Source: Nitrospirota bacterium (lineage in GTDB: Bacteria > Nitrospirota > Thermodesulfovibrionia > Thermodesulfovibrionales > UBA9159). Taken from it: a stretch of 64,000 nt of DNA. The stretch's first letter is position 1. Each line of letters begins with the position of its first letter. The translations under genes and the position numbers were made by a program. The stretch is from the NCBI GenBank assembly GCA_963699545.1, contig CAVOUE010000010.1, positions 129,447-193,446 on the forward strand. The letters run 5' to 3'. Below are positions 1 to 12,189 of this stretch, piece by piece. Under the pieces are notes generated by a model that ran no database searches, was not told where the DNA came from, and was given only the letters and a program-made list of their open reading frames with translations.

Positions 1-510
1 TCTTTTCCATGGTTTCATCACCATTATTGTCGCTCCAAGGCTCCTTTTTCAACTCAGCCAGCACGATGTCCGCCACCTGCCGTGCTGTCTCTCTTCGTTC
101 TTCTCCTGGGACAGAATCAATATCAAATCGGTCTGTATACTTCTTGTAAATAGAAAGGGCATCGAATTGGACCAGATTATCCTCCCCAATCAGATTTTCC
201 AGAATCCTGCCGTGGCAGCGAAGGAAACAGCCGTCTATAAGCACAACTTTCCCCGTTTTCTTGATCCACTGTGCTATTGCAGAATGGGGAACGGTGAAGA
301 GCTCTCCATGGCAACCGCTTCGATACGCCTCCTCCTTTGCCACCAGGTGGGCCGCAAGACGGGCGATCTCGCCTCTGATGCAGGCCCCTTCGCACGAGAG
401 GACCGGTATTTTTCCTTCGTCCAGGTTCCTGCTGCCGACCTTTTCTCCTATGGGACAGGTTCCTCTGTCTTTGAAATCTCGACATTGAATATGCCGTTTG
501 ATTCTTTCAT
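1..510 (-). CDS. DGC-domain putative zinc-binding protein (frameshifted near 5' end; runs off window start)
   Basis: Manual translation: MKESNGIFNVEISKTE..CPIGEKVG..IPVLSCEGACIRGEIARLAA..GCHGELF..VVLIDGCFLRCHGRIL; SCxG and IDGC motifs typical of DGC proteins. Confidence 0.75.
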
Positions 511-734
511 TTCTTTCTCCTTTGAGGTTCAGCTGCATCCTGTGCTCGGCTGCAGCAGGGATACTTGTCATTGCTTCCGTAATGCTTTCCATCTGGCCGC
601 GCAGTCGGGAAATGCCCCTTTGCCCGCGCAGCACTTTTTCATCATCTCAAACATTCCATGCCCCGGCGTAGCGAATCTGAAGTCAGTCGGATTGTGCCTT
701 GTCACCCTTGTCTTTTGTTTTTTCTGCCGTGCAT
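507..734 (-). CDS. small Cys/Met-rich hypothetical protein (frameshifted; ends approximate)
   Basis: GGAGGT RBS before ATG at 734; central frame reads DFRFATPGHGMFEMMKKCCAGKGAFPDCAA; lies between co-oriented genes. Confidence 0.4.
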
Positions 735-770
735 TTCGTACCTCCTGGACTCTTTGCGATTAATTTGTCA

Positions 771-1043
771 TCAAAAGACACTCAGTTTTGCCCAGTTATG
801 TACTCTTTTCTTTTCCTCATACTCTTCCTTATTGATCTCGCCCTGAGCGTACCGTTTTTTGAGTGTATCAAAGGCCGAGTCTGCAACGTCTCCGCCGTGG
901 CTGCTTGTACTGCAGATCCCCGACCAGCACATCATCGAACTCCTGCGTCCTTCTCATCATGAAAAAGCAAAGAACCATCATAGCGATCATGATGAGCGGA
1001 AATATCCACCAATAGTCCATAGCCAAAACCAGCACGGAAACAT
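771..1043 (-). CDS. SHOCT-domain membrane protein (frameshifted)
   Basis: AGGAGGTG RBS; hydrophobic WWIFPLIMIAMMVLCFFMMR segment, then SAFDTLKKRYAQGEINKEEYEEKKR (SHOCT signature). Confidence 0.75.
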
Positions 1044-1067
1044 ATGCCTCACCTCCTTTCACCCCTA

Positions 1068-1095
1068 TAGACGAGGGAAAGGAGGAAAAGGATAC
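1068..1095 (-). promoter_or_regulatory. candidate ECF sigma promoter GTATCC-N16-CGTCTA
   Basis: Lies between the ECF gene stop and the SHOCT gene RBS; CGTC -10 with 16-nt spacer is typical of ECF promoters. Confidence 0.45.
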
Positions 1096-1099
1096 ACCT

Positions 1100-1701
1100 T
1101 TAATCTGATTCTTTGAGTTGTCTAATGGCGGATTTCAGGTCGCAGGAGAGCACGTCACGCTCATCATGGTATAAACAGCAGAGGTTCTCCAGTTCTTTTT
1201 TCAGTTTTTTCCTGGCCCGGTGTAGTCTGATCTTTGACAGTGTCAAGGCTGACTTGAAGGATTTCGGCAATTTCAGTGATTTCCAACTCTTCCAGTTCAC
1301 CGAGCACGATCACAGTCCTGTACTCTTCGGGAAGTTTCTTTATAACATTTCGAATGCACGCGTTCATTTCCTTCCGAATAAGCTGTTGATCGATAAAAGA
1401 CATCTTCCCTCGTAATCGATACAGGCTCCTCTTCTCTTTCCGTATCGATGGACGAAAGTTCCGTGGTCATCTGCGAAGTGCGGCGCAGATGATCCAGTGC
1501 AGCATTGGTTGCGATTCGGTATATCCACGAAGACAATTTTGACTCACCCCTGAAGTCTTTCAATCCGTGGCTTACCTTTAGAAACACCTCCTGCGTCAGG
1601 TCATCCGCTTCATTCGCACCGGTCATCCTGGCAAGATAGCGATGTATTTTTGGCCGGAAGGCATCATAAATAGGCTGAAACTCTAATTTGTTGTCAGTCA
1701 A
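1100..1701 (-). CDS. ECF RNA polymerase sigma factor with Cys-containing C-terminal tail (several frameshifts)
   Basis: ADDLTQEVFLK, FRGESKLSSWIYRIATNAALDHLR (region 2); LPEEYRTVIVL..EIAEILQVSLDTVK/IRLHRARKKLK (region 4); tail ENLCCLYHDERDVLSCDLK. Confidence 0.9.
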
Positions 1702-1714
1702 ATAGTCACGCTCC

Positions 1715-1774
1715 CTAGTTTAAAAAGGTTGGCACTTTCTTAGCAAAACCAATAGGCGTAAGCTCGATCTTCAT
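1715..1774 (-). CDS. 19-aa upstream ORF or gene remnant (MKIELTPIGFAKKVPTFLN)
   Basis: AGGAG RBS 6 nt before ATG; stop codon overlaps the GGGAG RBS of the ECF gene; resembles the N-terminus of TsaA/TrmO (YaeB) proteins. Confidence 0.35.
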   Translation of the reverse strand: MKIELTPIGFAKKVPTFLN

Positions 1775-2244
1775 AATAACTCCTGACCGTTGACAATCGC
1801 ATCCGCAATCGAATCAACATCGTATGCAACGTCCTTGGAAAATACATTTCTTCTTCTTACAGTATTGTATCATTTTATCAACAACATCTCTGAACTCTTC
1901 CTTCATGGTAGCCAACTCGGGCGATTGCGATGTGGGTGGCTGTATCGAGCCCTCAGTTGTTCCTAATGGTGTTTTATTCCAATCGTACTATTGATAGAGC
2001 TTCGGTTTTGACTATCTATCGATTAGTCGGTGTACTCCTCATTTTGAATAAGCGAGACAGCTACGAAACATATCTTTTCATTTCAATAAGTTGAGAGATA
2101 TCTGGACGGCAGTTGCCGAATCCAGCTGTTCATGTGTAACCTTACGGTTGTCTTCGCCGTCTGTTATAATAGAAGCAAGAGATGGGACCTTTCCTCTATT
2201 GCGAAGGAAGAAACAGGAGATGCTCTGTTTACAGGGAGATAGAT

Positions 2245-2753
2245 ATGAAAAAGACCATTTGTCTTGTTCTTGCAGTGTTGGTGCTGGTTCTTGCAAGTGG
2301 CTTGAACGACTACGCATATGGGCAGCGATCCTTCTCGGTGGCGGTGGCGGCTCGCATGGCGGTGGCTGGCACGGTGGCGGCGGTGGCTGGCACGGTGGCG
2401 GCGGTGGCTGGCACGGTGGCGGCGGTGGCTGGCACGGTGGCGGGGGTGGCTGGCACGGTCACGGCGGCTGGCACGGCAGTGTCTGGATCGGACCAGGATG
2501 GGGATGGGGATGGGGTCCGTGGGGATGGTGGGGATTGGGCTATCCTTACTATCCTTATGCATATTACCCTTACTATTCGGCACCGGCTGTCATCGAGCAG
2601 CAGCCTTCGGTATATGTCGAGCCAACCCCTCGGCGGGAGGAGCAGAGTTATTGGTATTACTGTCCGAATCCCCAAGGCTACTATCCTTATGTGAAACGCT
2701 GTCCTAAGGGCTGGGTGAAGGTTCTTCCTGTTCCGCAGGACGGGGAGGAGTAA
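2245..2753 (+). CDS. secreted Gly/His/Trp-rich repeat protein with C-terminal YWYYC..GYYPYV..CP.GW motif (one frameshift ~2335)
   Basis: Signal peptide MKKTICLVLAVLVLVLAS in one frame joins the GGGGGWH repeat frame; GGGAG RBS. Confidence 0.75.
2358..2477 (+). repeat. 21-bp tandem repeat (GGTGGCTGGCACGGTGGCGGC) x ~5, encoding GGWHGGG
   Basis: Directly visible tandem copies. Confidence 0.95.
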
Positions 2754-2757
2754 AGAC

Positions 2758-3306
2758 ATGATAAAGCTCTGGAAAAACATCTTTTCGTTTCTCATGATCG
2801 TGGCGCTGGTCGGATGCGCAACAATCCCCAGCGGACCCAGCGTTATGTCTCTTCCCGGCACGGGCAAGAGCTTCGATGAGTTCCGGGTGGATGACGCAGT
2901 GTGCCGCCAGTTTGCTTATGAACAGGCGGGCGGAATGAGCGGTCAACAGGCCGCTCAAAATTCGGCTGTTTCGAGCGCCGTTGTCGGCTCAGCCCTTGGC
3001 GCCGCAGCAGGTGCGGCTATCGGCAGCGCTTCGGGCCAGATGGGAGCCGGAGCGGCGATAGGCGCCGGCAGCGGGTTGCTCCTTGGCAGCGCTGTTGGCA
3101 GCAGCTATGCGTATCACTCCTACTATGAGGCGCAGAGGCGTTACGACAATGCGTATATGCAGTGCATGTACGCAAAGGGGAACAGGATCCCGGTCTATGG
3201 AGGATACAGCGGAGGGTACAGCGCCCCGGCTCGTTCCGCTTCAGGCAGGTGGACTACACCGCCTCCGCCTCCGGCGGGCTATCCCCCGCCTCCGCCCGAG
3301 GAGTGA
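2758..3306 (+). CDS. glycine-zipper (YMGG-like) lipoprotein
   Basis: Lipobox LVGC; GSALGAAAGAAIG/GAGAAIGAGSGLLLG zipper; YDNAYMQCMYAKG; Pro-rich tail. Confidence 0.85.
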   Translation: MIKLWKNIFSFLMIVALVGCATIPSGPSVMSLPGTGKSFDEFRVDDAVCRQFAYEQAGGMSGQQAAQNSAVSSAVVGSALGAAAGAAIGSASGQMGAGAAIGAGSGLLLGSAVGSSYAYHSYYEAQRRYDNAYMQCMYAKGNRIPVYGGYSGGYSAPARSASGRWTTPPPPPAGYPPPPPEE

Positions 3307-3394
3307 TCGGATAGCGGGTCGTTCTCTGGATATTGGTTTGGTAAAGACGCTGTGCGGCGATCCGGTCTTCCCGGTGTCGCCGCACAGGATATCT

Positions 3395-4152
3395 CTACCC
3401 TTTCTTCGCTAACTCCCTGAAGTACTTTCTTATCCGCGTAGCATTCGTCCCCACATCGCTAAGCCCAACCCGCGAAACTGACCTTACGTCGATACGGCTT
3501 CCATTGTTAAAAGGAATGATGCGGATGACGATGTCGTCCTTGAAACCGAACCACACCGTTGTGTCAGTGGCCTCGATACGCATTTCCTCCTTATCTACAT
3601 CCACGATGAGCCATGACATTTTCTGTGCGGCCAACAGGGCTTTATCAAAGGCCTTATCAGGGGGGATGTCAAGCATGAGGGGCTGAATGTCAGGATATGC
3701 CTCATGCTGCTTCACCGCTATCTCGGGGCCGCCGTAGTCCGGGGGATTGGAAGCATTCTTCCGGAGCGGGAGGACCGCGATAAATCGGGGAGGGTTTTCG
3801 GTGTCGGTAGTGATATCATGGATCCTTGGCAGATGTTTTGCGGCCTGATACCAGGAAAAGGGACGCCTAAAGCAGTGACCCCCAGACCAAGAGCGATGCA
3901 GGAGAGCAGGAAGTGGTGCCAGAGGTTCTTACGCAGTCCGGAAACAAGGCCGATAAGCGAGAAAAGGGAGGCTATTCCTCCTGCGATGGCTGCTCCTCCG
4001 AGGATCTTGAAACCGGTGCCGAAATGCCACAATCCCCATCGACTTCCCAACCCTGAGATCATCGCGGAGGCAACAGATACAAGGGAAAGGACGGGTCCGA
4101 GAAGTGTGAACCTTGATAATGAACGAACGGGTCTGTTCTTTTCTTCGTCCAT
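3395..4152 (-). CDS. DUF1499 domain membrane protein (frameshifted)
   Basis: N-terminal TMs with GSRWGLWHF; IHDITTD motif in alternate frame; C-terminal RIEATDTTVWFGFKDDIVIR..RIDVRSVSRVGLSDVGTNATRI. Confidence 0.85.
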
Positions 4153-4275
4153 GCTTCGTCCTCCCTCCTTTAAAGTGTATCAGGGTTGCGGCCGGGTTTC
4201 CACTCCGTCCAGTGAGGTCGTGTCGCCGCTGCCAGCAGGATAATTGACGGAACGCGCATCAACGTTTTATCATAA

Positions 4276-5556
<1,281 letters not shown>

Positions 5557-5560
<4 letters not shown>

Positions 5561-6228
5561 TCACCACCACCGAAATAATCCTACGTTTCCTTCTCGGTGC
5601 GGCTGTAGGCGGCATTATCGGCTTTGAGAGGTCCACTCATGGAAGGGCGGCGGGCTTCAGGACTCACCTTCTCGTCTGCGTTGCCGGGGTCCTCATCATG
5701 ACCGTGTCCGAGTACTATCATTACCTGAGTTTATGGGATCCTTCCTATATACGCGTCGACCCGGCGCGGCTCGCAGCGGGCGCCATCACCGGTGTCGGTT
5801 TCCTCGGCGCAGGGGTCATCGTGAAAAGCGGGTTGAACGTCCAGGGACTTACCACCGCCGCATGCCTCTGGATCGTCTCCGCCATCGGCCTCTCCATAGG
5901 AAGCGGTCTCTACGTTGCCGGTCTTGCAAGTTTTGTGATCACCTACCTTTCGCTCTGGCTTTTGAGGAGGGTTGAAGATAAGATGCCGCGACTCTCCTAT
6001 AAGTTTATGACCATCGTGATGGAAGGTCGGGGCGATGAAGGGTCTATCAGATCCGTCATCGAAAAATGCGGGGCTTCCGTAAGCCGTATCGACTATGAGA
6101 GGGACCTGGAACGTTCCGTATCAACGTACAGCATCACGGTCTCCTTCAGAGACGAAAGTAGTCCGAAGACAATTCTCGACGGTGTCTCATCCCTCCCTCT
6201 TGTAAAAAAGGTCGTCATCACCAGCTGA
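5557..6228 (+). CDS. MgtC/SapB family protein
   Basis: [37 protein letters not shown]. Confidence 0.93.
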
Positions 6229-6426
6229 AGTTCGATGTTCAACTTCTTCCTGCACTCCGCGCCTTTCGCATCTGATCACACGCCGGAATCGGTCTGAGGG
6301 CCGGCAGGTCGATGGCTTGTCCTGCAACCGGATGATGTAGTACATTATAAGCGGTATTCTTGCAGGAAGCTTTTTACCTGCCATCCTTGGGTGGCAGGAA
6401 TACATTTTAAGGAGGCAGGAAGAACG

Positions 6427-6921
6427 ATGGCTAAAGCAGCGAAGAAAGTGACCCAAAAAAAAGCGAAGACAGCCGCAAGACCGACAGCAAAGAAGCTTGC
6501 AGTGCCTGCATTCACCGCCAGGACAGCGAAAGAGATTACCGCAACCTTCCATGATAGTATAGGGTTGACCGCAAAGGTTGCCGCAGCTCTTGCAGCGGCG
6601 AATGTGAACATCCTTGCCGGGACCGGCTATTCTGCCAGCGGCGCACGCCGTAAAGCAATCTTCACCCTGATCGTGGACGATCTGGCCAAGGCGGAGAAGG
6701 CCCTCGAAAAGATCGGCGCTGATGACGTACAGGATTCCTCGATCATCATGGTGGAGATGGCAAACAAGGTAGGAGCGCTGAAAAGGATATCAAAGATCAT
6801 TGCCGATGCCGGTATCAACATCTACTATTTTTACTCCACCACCAGCAGCGGGAAGACGGCAACCTGTGTAATCAAGACAGCCGACGACAAGAAGACCATC
6901 AACGTTCTGCATAAAGCGTAA
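6427..6921 (+). CDS. tandem ACT-domain protein with Lys/Ala-rich N-terminal tail
   Basis: DSIGLTAKVAAALAAANVNI and NKVGALKRISKIIADAGINIYYFY ACT repeats; AAGGAGG RBS. Confidence 0.85.
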   Translation: MAKAAKKVTQKKAKTAARPTAKKLAVPAFTARTAKEITATFHDSIGLTAKVAAALAAANVNILAGTGYSASGARRKAIFTLIVDDLAKAEKALEKIGADDVQDSSIIMVEMANKVGALKRISKIIADAGINIYYFYSTTSSGKTATCVIKTADDKKTINVLHKA

Positions 6922-7101
6922 ACAACATACTGCACAACGAGACCACCCTGTATCAGAGGGTGGCCCTTCGGGGCGGGGGCTTGATACGCTGCCTTCGGAG
7001 AGCCCCTCTTTGGGTAATTCGCACTGGGTGCACGGCATCAAGAGCGATCAGCAGCAGGTGAGACAAACTCGGCCGACCTGTCAACCCATCGGCACGTCAA
7101 A

Positions 7102-8643
7102 TTACCGGCGAGCCTTCTTTTTTATAATCTCCCGAACCATGGCTTCTATCGTCGACTCCTCCGGCATGATATCCACCTTCAGCCCGGCCTTCTCGATGGC
7201 CTTCGCCGTCACCGGTCCGATCACGGCAATGGAGACACCCTTGAGGAGATCGAAGGCGTCACTGCCGATAAGCCCGACGAAATTATTGAAAGTGGCAGCG
7301 CTTGTGAAGGTGGCAACCGTGATCCGGCCCTCCTTCAGGAACCGCTTAAGTCTTTTCCCGTGAAGTTCGGGCTTGACCGTCCGGTAGGCAACAGGGACAT
7401 CAATCTCCCCACCCAGTTCCCTCACCTTTTCCGGAAAAACCTCTCTCGCCGTTTCCGCCCTCGGCAACAGGAATTTCATTCCTTTCAGAGCGCTGACCGG
7501 TGACTGCTGATCGCCGACTTTCTTAAATTCCTCAATCAACCCTTCCGCACGGAATTCTTCAGGTACGAGATCCACCTTCATCCCGTATTTCTTTATCTCG
7601 CCGGCGGTCTTTGACCCTATGGCGCACAGCTTGATCCCCTTGAGGTCCCTTATATCCTTTTCTTTTTCAAAAAATCTCTTTAAGAAATATCTCACACCGT
7701 TTGCGCTGGTAAAGATGATCCATGTATAGGAATGTATCTGTGCAATAGCCGCATCAAGACCGCTATAGTCATCAGGAGGAACGATCTCGATGGTCGGAAA
7801 TTCGATGATCTCGGCGCCAAGTTCTTCGAGGGACTCGAACCCTGCCGAGTGCTCTCTTGTGACAAGGACCCTGTGGCCGAACATCGGCTTGTCCTCGTAC
7901 CATTTCAGGGTATCCCTGAGCTTCACCACATCGCCGATCACCACCACTGCGGGGGGCTTTATCTCATGCCCTTTCACATCCGAAACAATGTCCTTCAATG
8001 TGCTGACGACGGTCTTCTGGTCCGGTCTGGTTCCCCACCGGACAACAGCCACGGGGGTCTCAGGACTCCTGCCGTTCTCCATGAGTTTCCGAACAAGCAT
8101 GTCGAGGTTCTTCACTGCCATAAGGACAACAATGGTGCCGACCCCCGTTGCGAGCTTTGCCCAGTCAACGGCTGATTCCTCCTTGGTGGTATCCTCATAG
8201 CCGGGGATGACCGCAAAGGATGAGGAATAGAGCCTGTGGGTGAGCGGGATCCCGGCATATGCCGGAGCTGCAATGGCAGAACTCACTCCGGGGACCACTT
8301 CGAAAGGGATACCCCTTTTCGCAAGGACACCCGCCTCTTCGCCGCCCCTGCCAAAGACAAAGGGGTCACCTCCCTTGAGTCTGCAGACGATCTTCCCTTC
8401 CTCTGCTTTTTTCACAAGGACATCGTTTATCTCATCCTGAGTCATGGTATGGTGTCCGCCCCGTTTCCCGGCATAGACGAATTCAGCGTCCTGGCTGATG
8501 TAGTTAAGGATCTGGGGATTGAGATGCAGGTCATAGACGACCACTTCCGCTTTCTGGAGGCATTTCATGCCTTTCACGGTGAGAAGCCCGATGTCTCCTG
8601 GCCCGGCGCCGACGAGATAGACCTTGCCCCTTCCTCTTTTCAT
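7102..8643 (-). CDS. cobA/hemD: uroporphyrinogen-III C-methyltransferase / uroporphyrinogen-III synthase fusion
   Basis: VYLVGAGPGD, RLKGGDPFVFGRGGEE, then HemD IFTSANGV, FTSAAT, IGPVTA. Confidence 0.95.
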   Translation of the reverse strand: MKRGRGKVYLVGAGPGDIGLLTVKGMKCLQKAEVVVYDLHLNPQILNYISQDAEFVYAGKRGGHHTMTQDEINDVLVKKAEEGKIVCRLKGGDPFVFGRGGEEAGVLAKRGIPFEVVPGVSSAIAAPAYAGIPLTHRLYSSSFAVIPGYEDTTKEESAVDWAKLATGVGTIVVLMAVKNLDMLVRKLMENGRSPETPVAVVRWGTRPDQKTVVSTLKDIVSDVKGHEIKPPAVVVIGDVVKLRDTLKWYEDKPMFGHRVLVTREHSAGFESLEELGAEIIEFPTIEIVPPDDYSGLDAAIAQIHSYTWIIFTSANGVRYFLKRFFEKEKDIRDLKGIKLCAIGSKTAGEIKKYGMKVDLVPEEFRAEGLIEEFKKVGDQQSPVSALKGMKFLLPRAETAREVFPEKVRELGGEIDVPVAYRTVKPELHGKRLKRFLKEGRITVATFTSAATFNNFVGLIGSDAFDLLKGVSIAVIGPVTAKAIEKAGLKVDIMPEESTIEAMVREIIKKKARR

Positions 8644-8870
8644 GCATAATTGTATCATAAAGGCTGGGAGATGGGTGCGCCGGTGACATGCGGGGTTTGT
8701 GATATACTTTGGAAAAAAGCCATGAGAGTGTACGACATCTCCAGGAAGAACCGCGACGGCCTTGGACGTTCACTGGCATATGTGATCTTAGGATATATTA
8801 TACCGCGAGGAGCAGAAATGGGACGTGACAGAGGGGCGCACAAGAGTGTTATAGTAGAGGTCATTCAATC

Positions 8871-9909
8871 ATGACCATCCGGGAACAGACAGAAGAGATA
8901 GAGAAGACGATCCTCCATCCGAAGGCCTGCCTCAGCTCGCGGAGCCGGGGCAGACTGAAGCGTGAGAAGGAGGGGGAGATCAGGACCTGTTTCCAGAGGG
9001 ACAGGGACCGGATCATCCATTCAAAGGCCTTCAGGAGATTAAAACACAAGACCCAGGTCTTTCTTGCGCCGCAGGGAGATCATTATCGAACGAGGCTGAC
9101 CCACGTCCTTGAGGTCTCACAGATCGGGAGGACCATAGCAAGGGCCCTCCGCCTGAACGAGGACCTCACCGAGGCTATTGCACTGGGACACGACCTCGGG
9201 CATACTCCCTTTGGTCACGCCGGGGAATCTGTGCTGAGGGAGATACACCCGGGGGGCTTTGACCACTATAAACAGAGTCTCAGGGTGGTGGACTTCCTCG
9301 AAAGGAACGGCGAGGGATTGAATCTCACCCATGAAGTGAGGAACGGCATAGTAAAACATTCCAAAGGCAAGGGGTTGATCATCCCCGATGCTCCCGGAGA
9401 GAAGGCAGAGACCCTTGAAGGTCTCACCGTCAGGGTATCGGACATCATAGCCTATGTGAACCATGACCTTGATGACGCCCTGAGGGCCGGCGTGATCAAG
9501 AGGTCCGATATTCCAAGGGATATCCTGAAGGTCCTCGGCGACAACCATTCCAGAAGGATAGACACGATGGTAAAGGACGTGATATTTAACTCCCTCGGGA
9601 AGGACCTGGCGGAACTGGCCATGAGCGAAGCGGTCTCTGTGGCGACGTACACATTGCGGGACTTCCTCTATGAGCGGGTCTACGAAAGTGGAAAGATTTT
9701 GGGAGAGTTTATGAAGGCAAAGAAGATTCCTCGGTGATCTCTACAGATATTATCTTGAGCACATAGAAGAGGTCTTCAGGGACATCCCTGCGGAGAAGAA
9801 ACTGAACAGGCACAGGATGGTGTGCGATTTCGTGGCGGGGATGACCGACCGGTTTGCCATGGCGACCTATGAGAGGCTCTTTCTGCCTCAGCAATGGACC
9901 ATCGTATGA
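8871..9909 (+). CDS. dgt: deoxyguanosinetriphosphate triphosphohydrolase-like protein (frameshift ~9730)
   Basis: [43 protein letters not shown]; alternate frame continues [12 protein letters not shown]. Confidence 0.93.
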
Positions 9910-11634
9910 GTAAGGACCGTATACAGGAGCTTACAAAGGAACCGAAGATCGCCTACTTCTCCATGGAGATAGGCCTCAGGACCGATATGCCCACCTACAG
10001 CGGCGGCCTCGGGGTGCTGGCGGGTGACACTGTTAAATCAGCTGCGGACCTGAGACTTCCCATGGTTGCTGTCACCGTCCTGTGCAAGAAGGGCTATTTT
10101 CACCAGATGCTCGACGAAAAAGGCAGGCAGACCGAATCGCCGGAAAGCTGGGACCCTTCCCTGTTCATGGAGCTTCTCCCTCAACAAATAACGGTGGAGA
10201 TAGAGGGAAGGGATGTGTATGTCCAGGCGTGGATCTATGAGGTGAAGAGCCTGACGGGCGGGAACATCCCGGTCTTTTACCTGGACACGGATGTCGTGGA
10301 GAACGGCCCCGGGGACCGCGACATCACTTCCTCTTTATACGGCGGAAACAGGATGTACAGGCTCAAGCAGGAGATCGTCCTCGGCATCGGGGGCGCCAGG
10401 ATGCTCCGCCGGCTTGGCTTCGAGATCAAGAAATACCACATGAACGAGGGGCATGCGAGCCTCCTTGCCCTGGAGTTGCTGAAGGAATACAAGCGTGACA
10501 TAGAAGAAGTATGGGATGAGCGCCTCGTATGGGATGTCGAGAGGGTGAAGAATCTCTGCGTCTTCACGACCCACACTCCTGTTGAAGCGGGGCATGACAG
10601 GTTCTCCTATGATAGTGTGATGAAGGTCCTGGGAGAGCCGATTCCGCTGAACGTCCTGAAGGGCCTTGGGGGTAAAGACGACCTTAATATGACTCTCCTT
10701 GCCCTGAACCTCAGCGAATTTGTGAACGGTGTCGCCAAGAAGCACGGCGAGGTGTCCCAGCATATGTTCCCGGGATATCAGATCCATGCGATAACCAACG
10801 GCGTTCACTCCTACACCTGGACATGCGACAGCTTTAAGAGGCTCTATGACAAATACCTTCCGGGCTGGGCGAATGAGCCTGAAATTGTTCGTGCGGGTGG
10901 GCCGCGTTCCTGATGAAGAACTCTGGGAGGTCCACCGTGAGGCGAAAAAAGCCCTCATGGATTTCGTCCGGTCCAATGCAGGGGTCGAAATGAACCCTGA
11001 TATCCTCACCATCGGGTTTGCCCGGAGGGCGACCGCCTACAAGAGGGCGGACCTTCTCTTCAGTGACATCGAGAGGCTCAAGAGGATCGGCGCGGGGAAG
11101 ATACAGGTTGTTTATGCCGGGAAGGCCCATCCCCGGGACGAAGAAGGCAAACAGCTCATCGAAAGGATCTTTGCGATCAAGGCGAACCTTAAGGACAGCG
11201 TCAAGATCGCCTACCTGATGAACTACAATATGGACATGGCCCTGAAGCTCGTGTCCGGCGTTGATATCTGGCTCAACACTCCCCTGAGGCCCCTGGAGGC
11301 ATCAGGCACCAGCGGCATGAAGGCTGCCCATAACGGCGTTCCCAACTTCAGCGTCCTGGACGGCTGGTGGATCGAAGGTCATATAGAAGGCTTCACCGGC
11401 TGGGCCATCGGTCCGCAGCCCACAGAGAAAGAGAACAATGTCTCTGAGAGCAGTATGGATACGCGTGATGCGGAGGACCTTTACCTCAAGCTCGAAAACA
11501 TCATCATCCCCACCTTCTACAACGACAGGCGCACCTGGATGCGGATCATGCAGAACGCCATCGGGAAGAACGCCTATTACTTCAATTCTCACAGGATGAT
11601 GAGGAGATACGTCACCGAGGCGTATATCAGATAG
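9906..11634 (+). CDS. glgP: alpha-glucan phosphorylase (frameshift ~10885)
   Basis: AYFSMEIG, YSGGLGVLAGD, HMNEGH, GFARRATAYKR, EASGTSGMKA PLP motif. Confidence 0.96.
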
Positions 11635-11641
11635 CGTCAGG

Positions 11642-12177
11642 CTATTTTCTGTTCAGGAGGTCGTCCTCTAAACCAAGGTGGTCCGATTCTATCTCTGAAA
11701 GGGCGGCGAATACCTTTTTCACCCTCGGCTCCATGGCCTCTTCGGCAAATTTCTTATACAGGGCTGCTGCACCCCTTTCCCTTTCGTGAGCCGTTCTGAG
11801 GTTCTCCCTGTCATCATCGGTGGCCACCTCTTTCCCCTTTTCAGGCTGAGGCATATCACACTTGAGGATCTTCCTCACCACGGAGGCATGCTCGGCCTCG
11901 ACCTTCGAGAGATACTTGAATATCCCCTGAAGCTCAATATCCTTTGTCTTCAGCATGGCATCCCGGTAAAAGGGGGCATTGTTCACTTCAAGCTGGAGGG
12001 TTGTTTCGAGGTTCCTTCTCGATACATCAGACAACTCGCCTATCCCTAGATTTTCATCGGCCCAGTCAGCCGCATTTACGAAATAGCTACCCTTCGCACC
12101 GCAGGAAAAGGACAGTGAGAAGGCCTTTCACTACCGGCATAGGCTTCGCCACATATGAGACAACGGTAGGAAGTCAT
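11642..12177 (-). CDS. rubredoxin + ferritin-like (reverse rubrerythrin-type) protein (frameshifted)
   Basis: MTSYRCLICGE..HCPF(C)GA CxxC pairs; ferritin-like KVEAEHA and EIESDH ExxH motifs. Confidence 0.85.
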
Positions 12178-12189
12178 ATCTCTTCCCCT

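Noticed and set aside
1780-2100. AT-rich intergenic stretch with a GATAGAG/CTCTATC hairpin as a possible element end or sRNA
   Set aside because: No partner repeat, tRNA or recognisable RNA family; the signal is too weak.
2358-2477. Tandem repeat as a possible CRISPR array
   Set aside because: No spacers, in-frame coding repeat, and no cas genes in the window.
6935-7100. GC-rich hairpins between the ACT gene and cobA/hemD as an ncRNA
   Set aside because: Consistent with a terminator region between convergent genes; no second copy or known motif seen.
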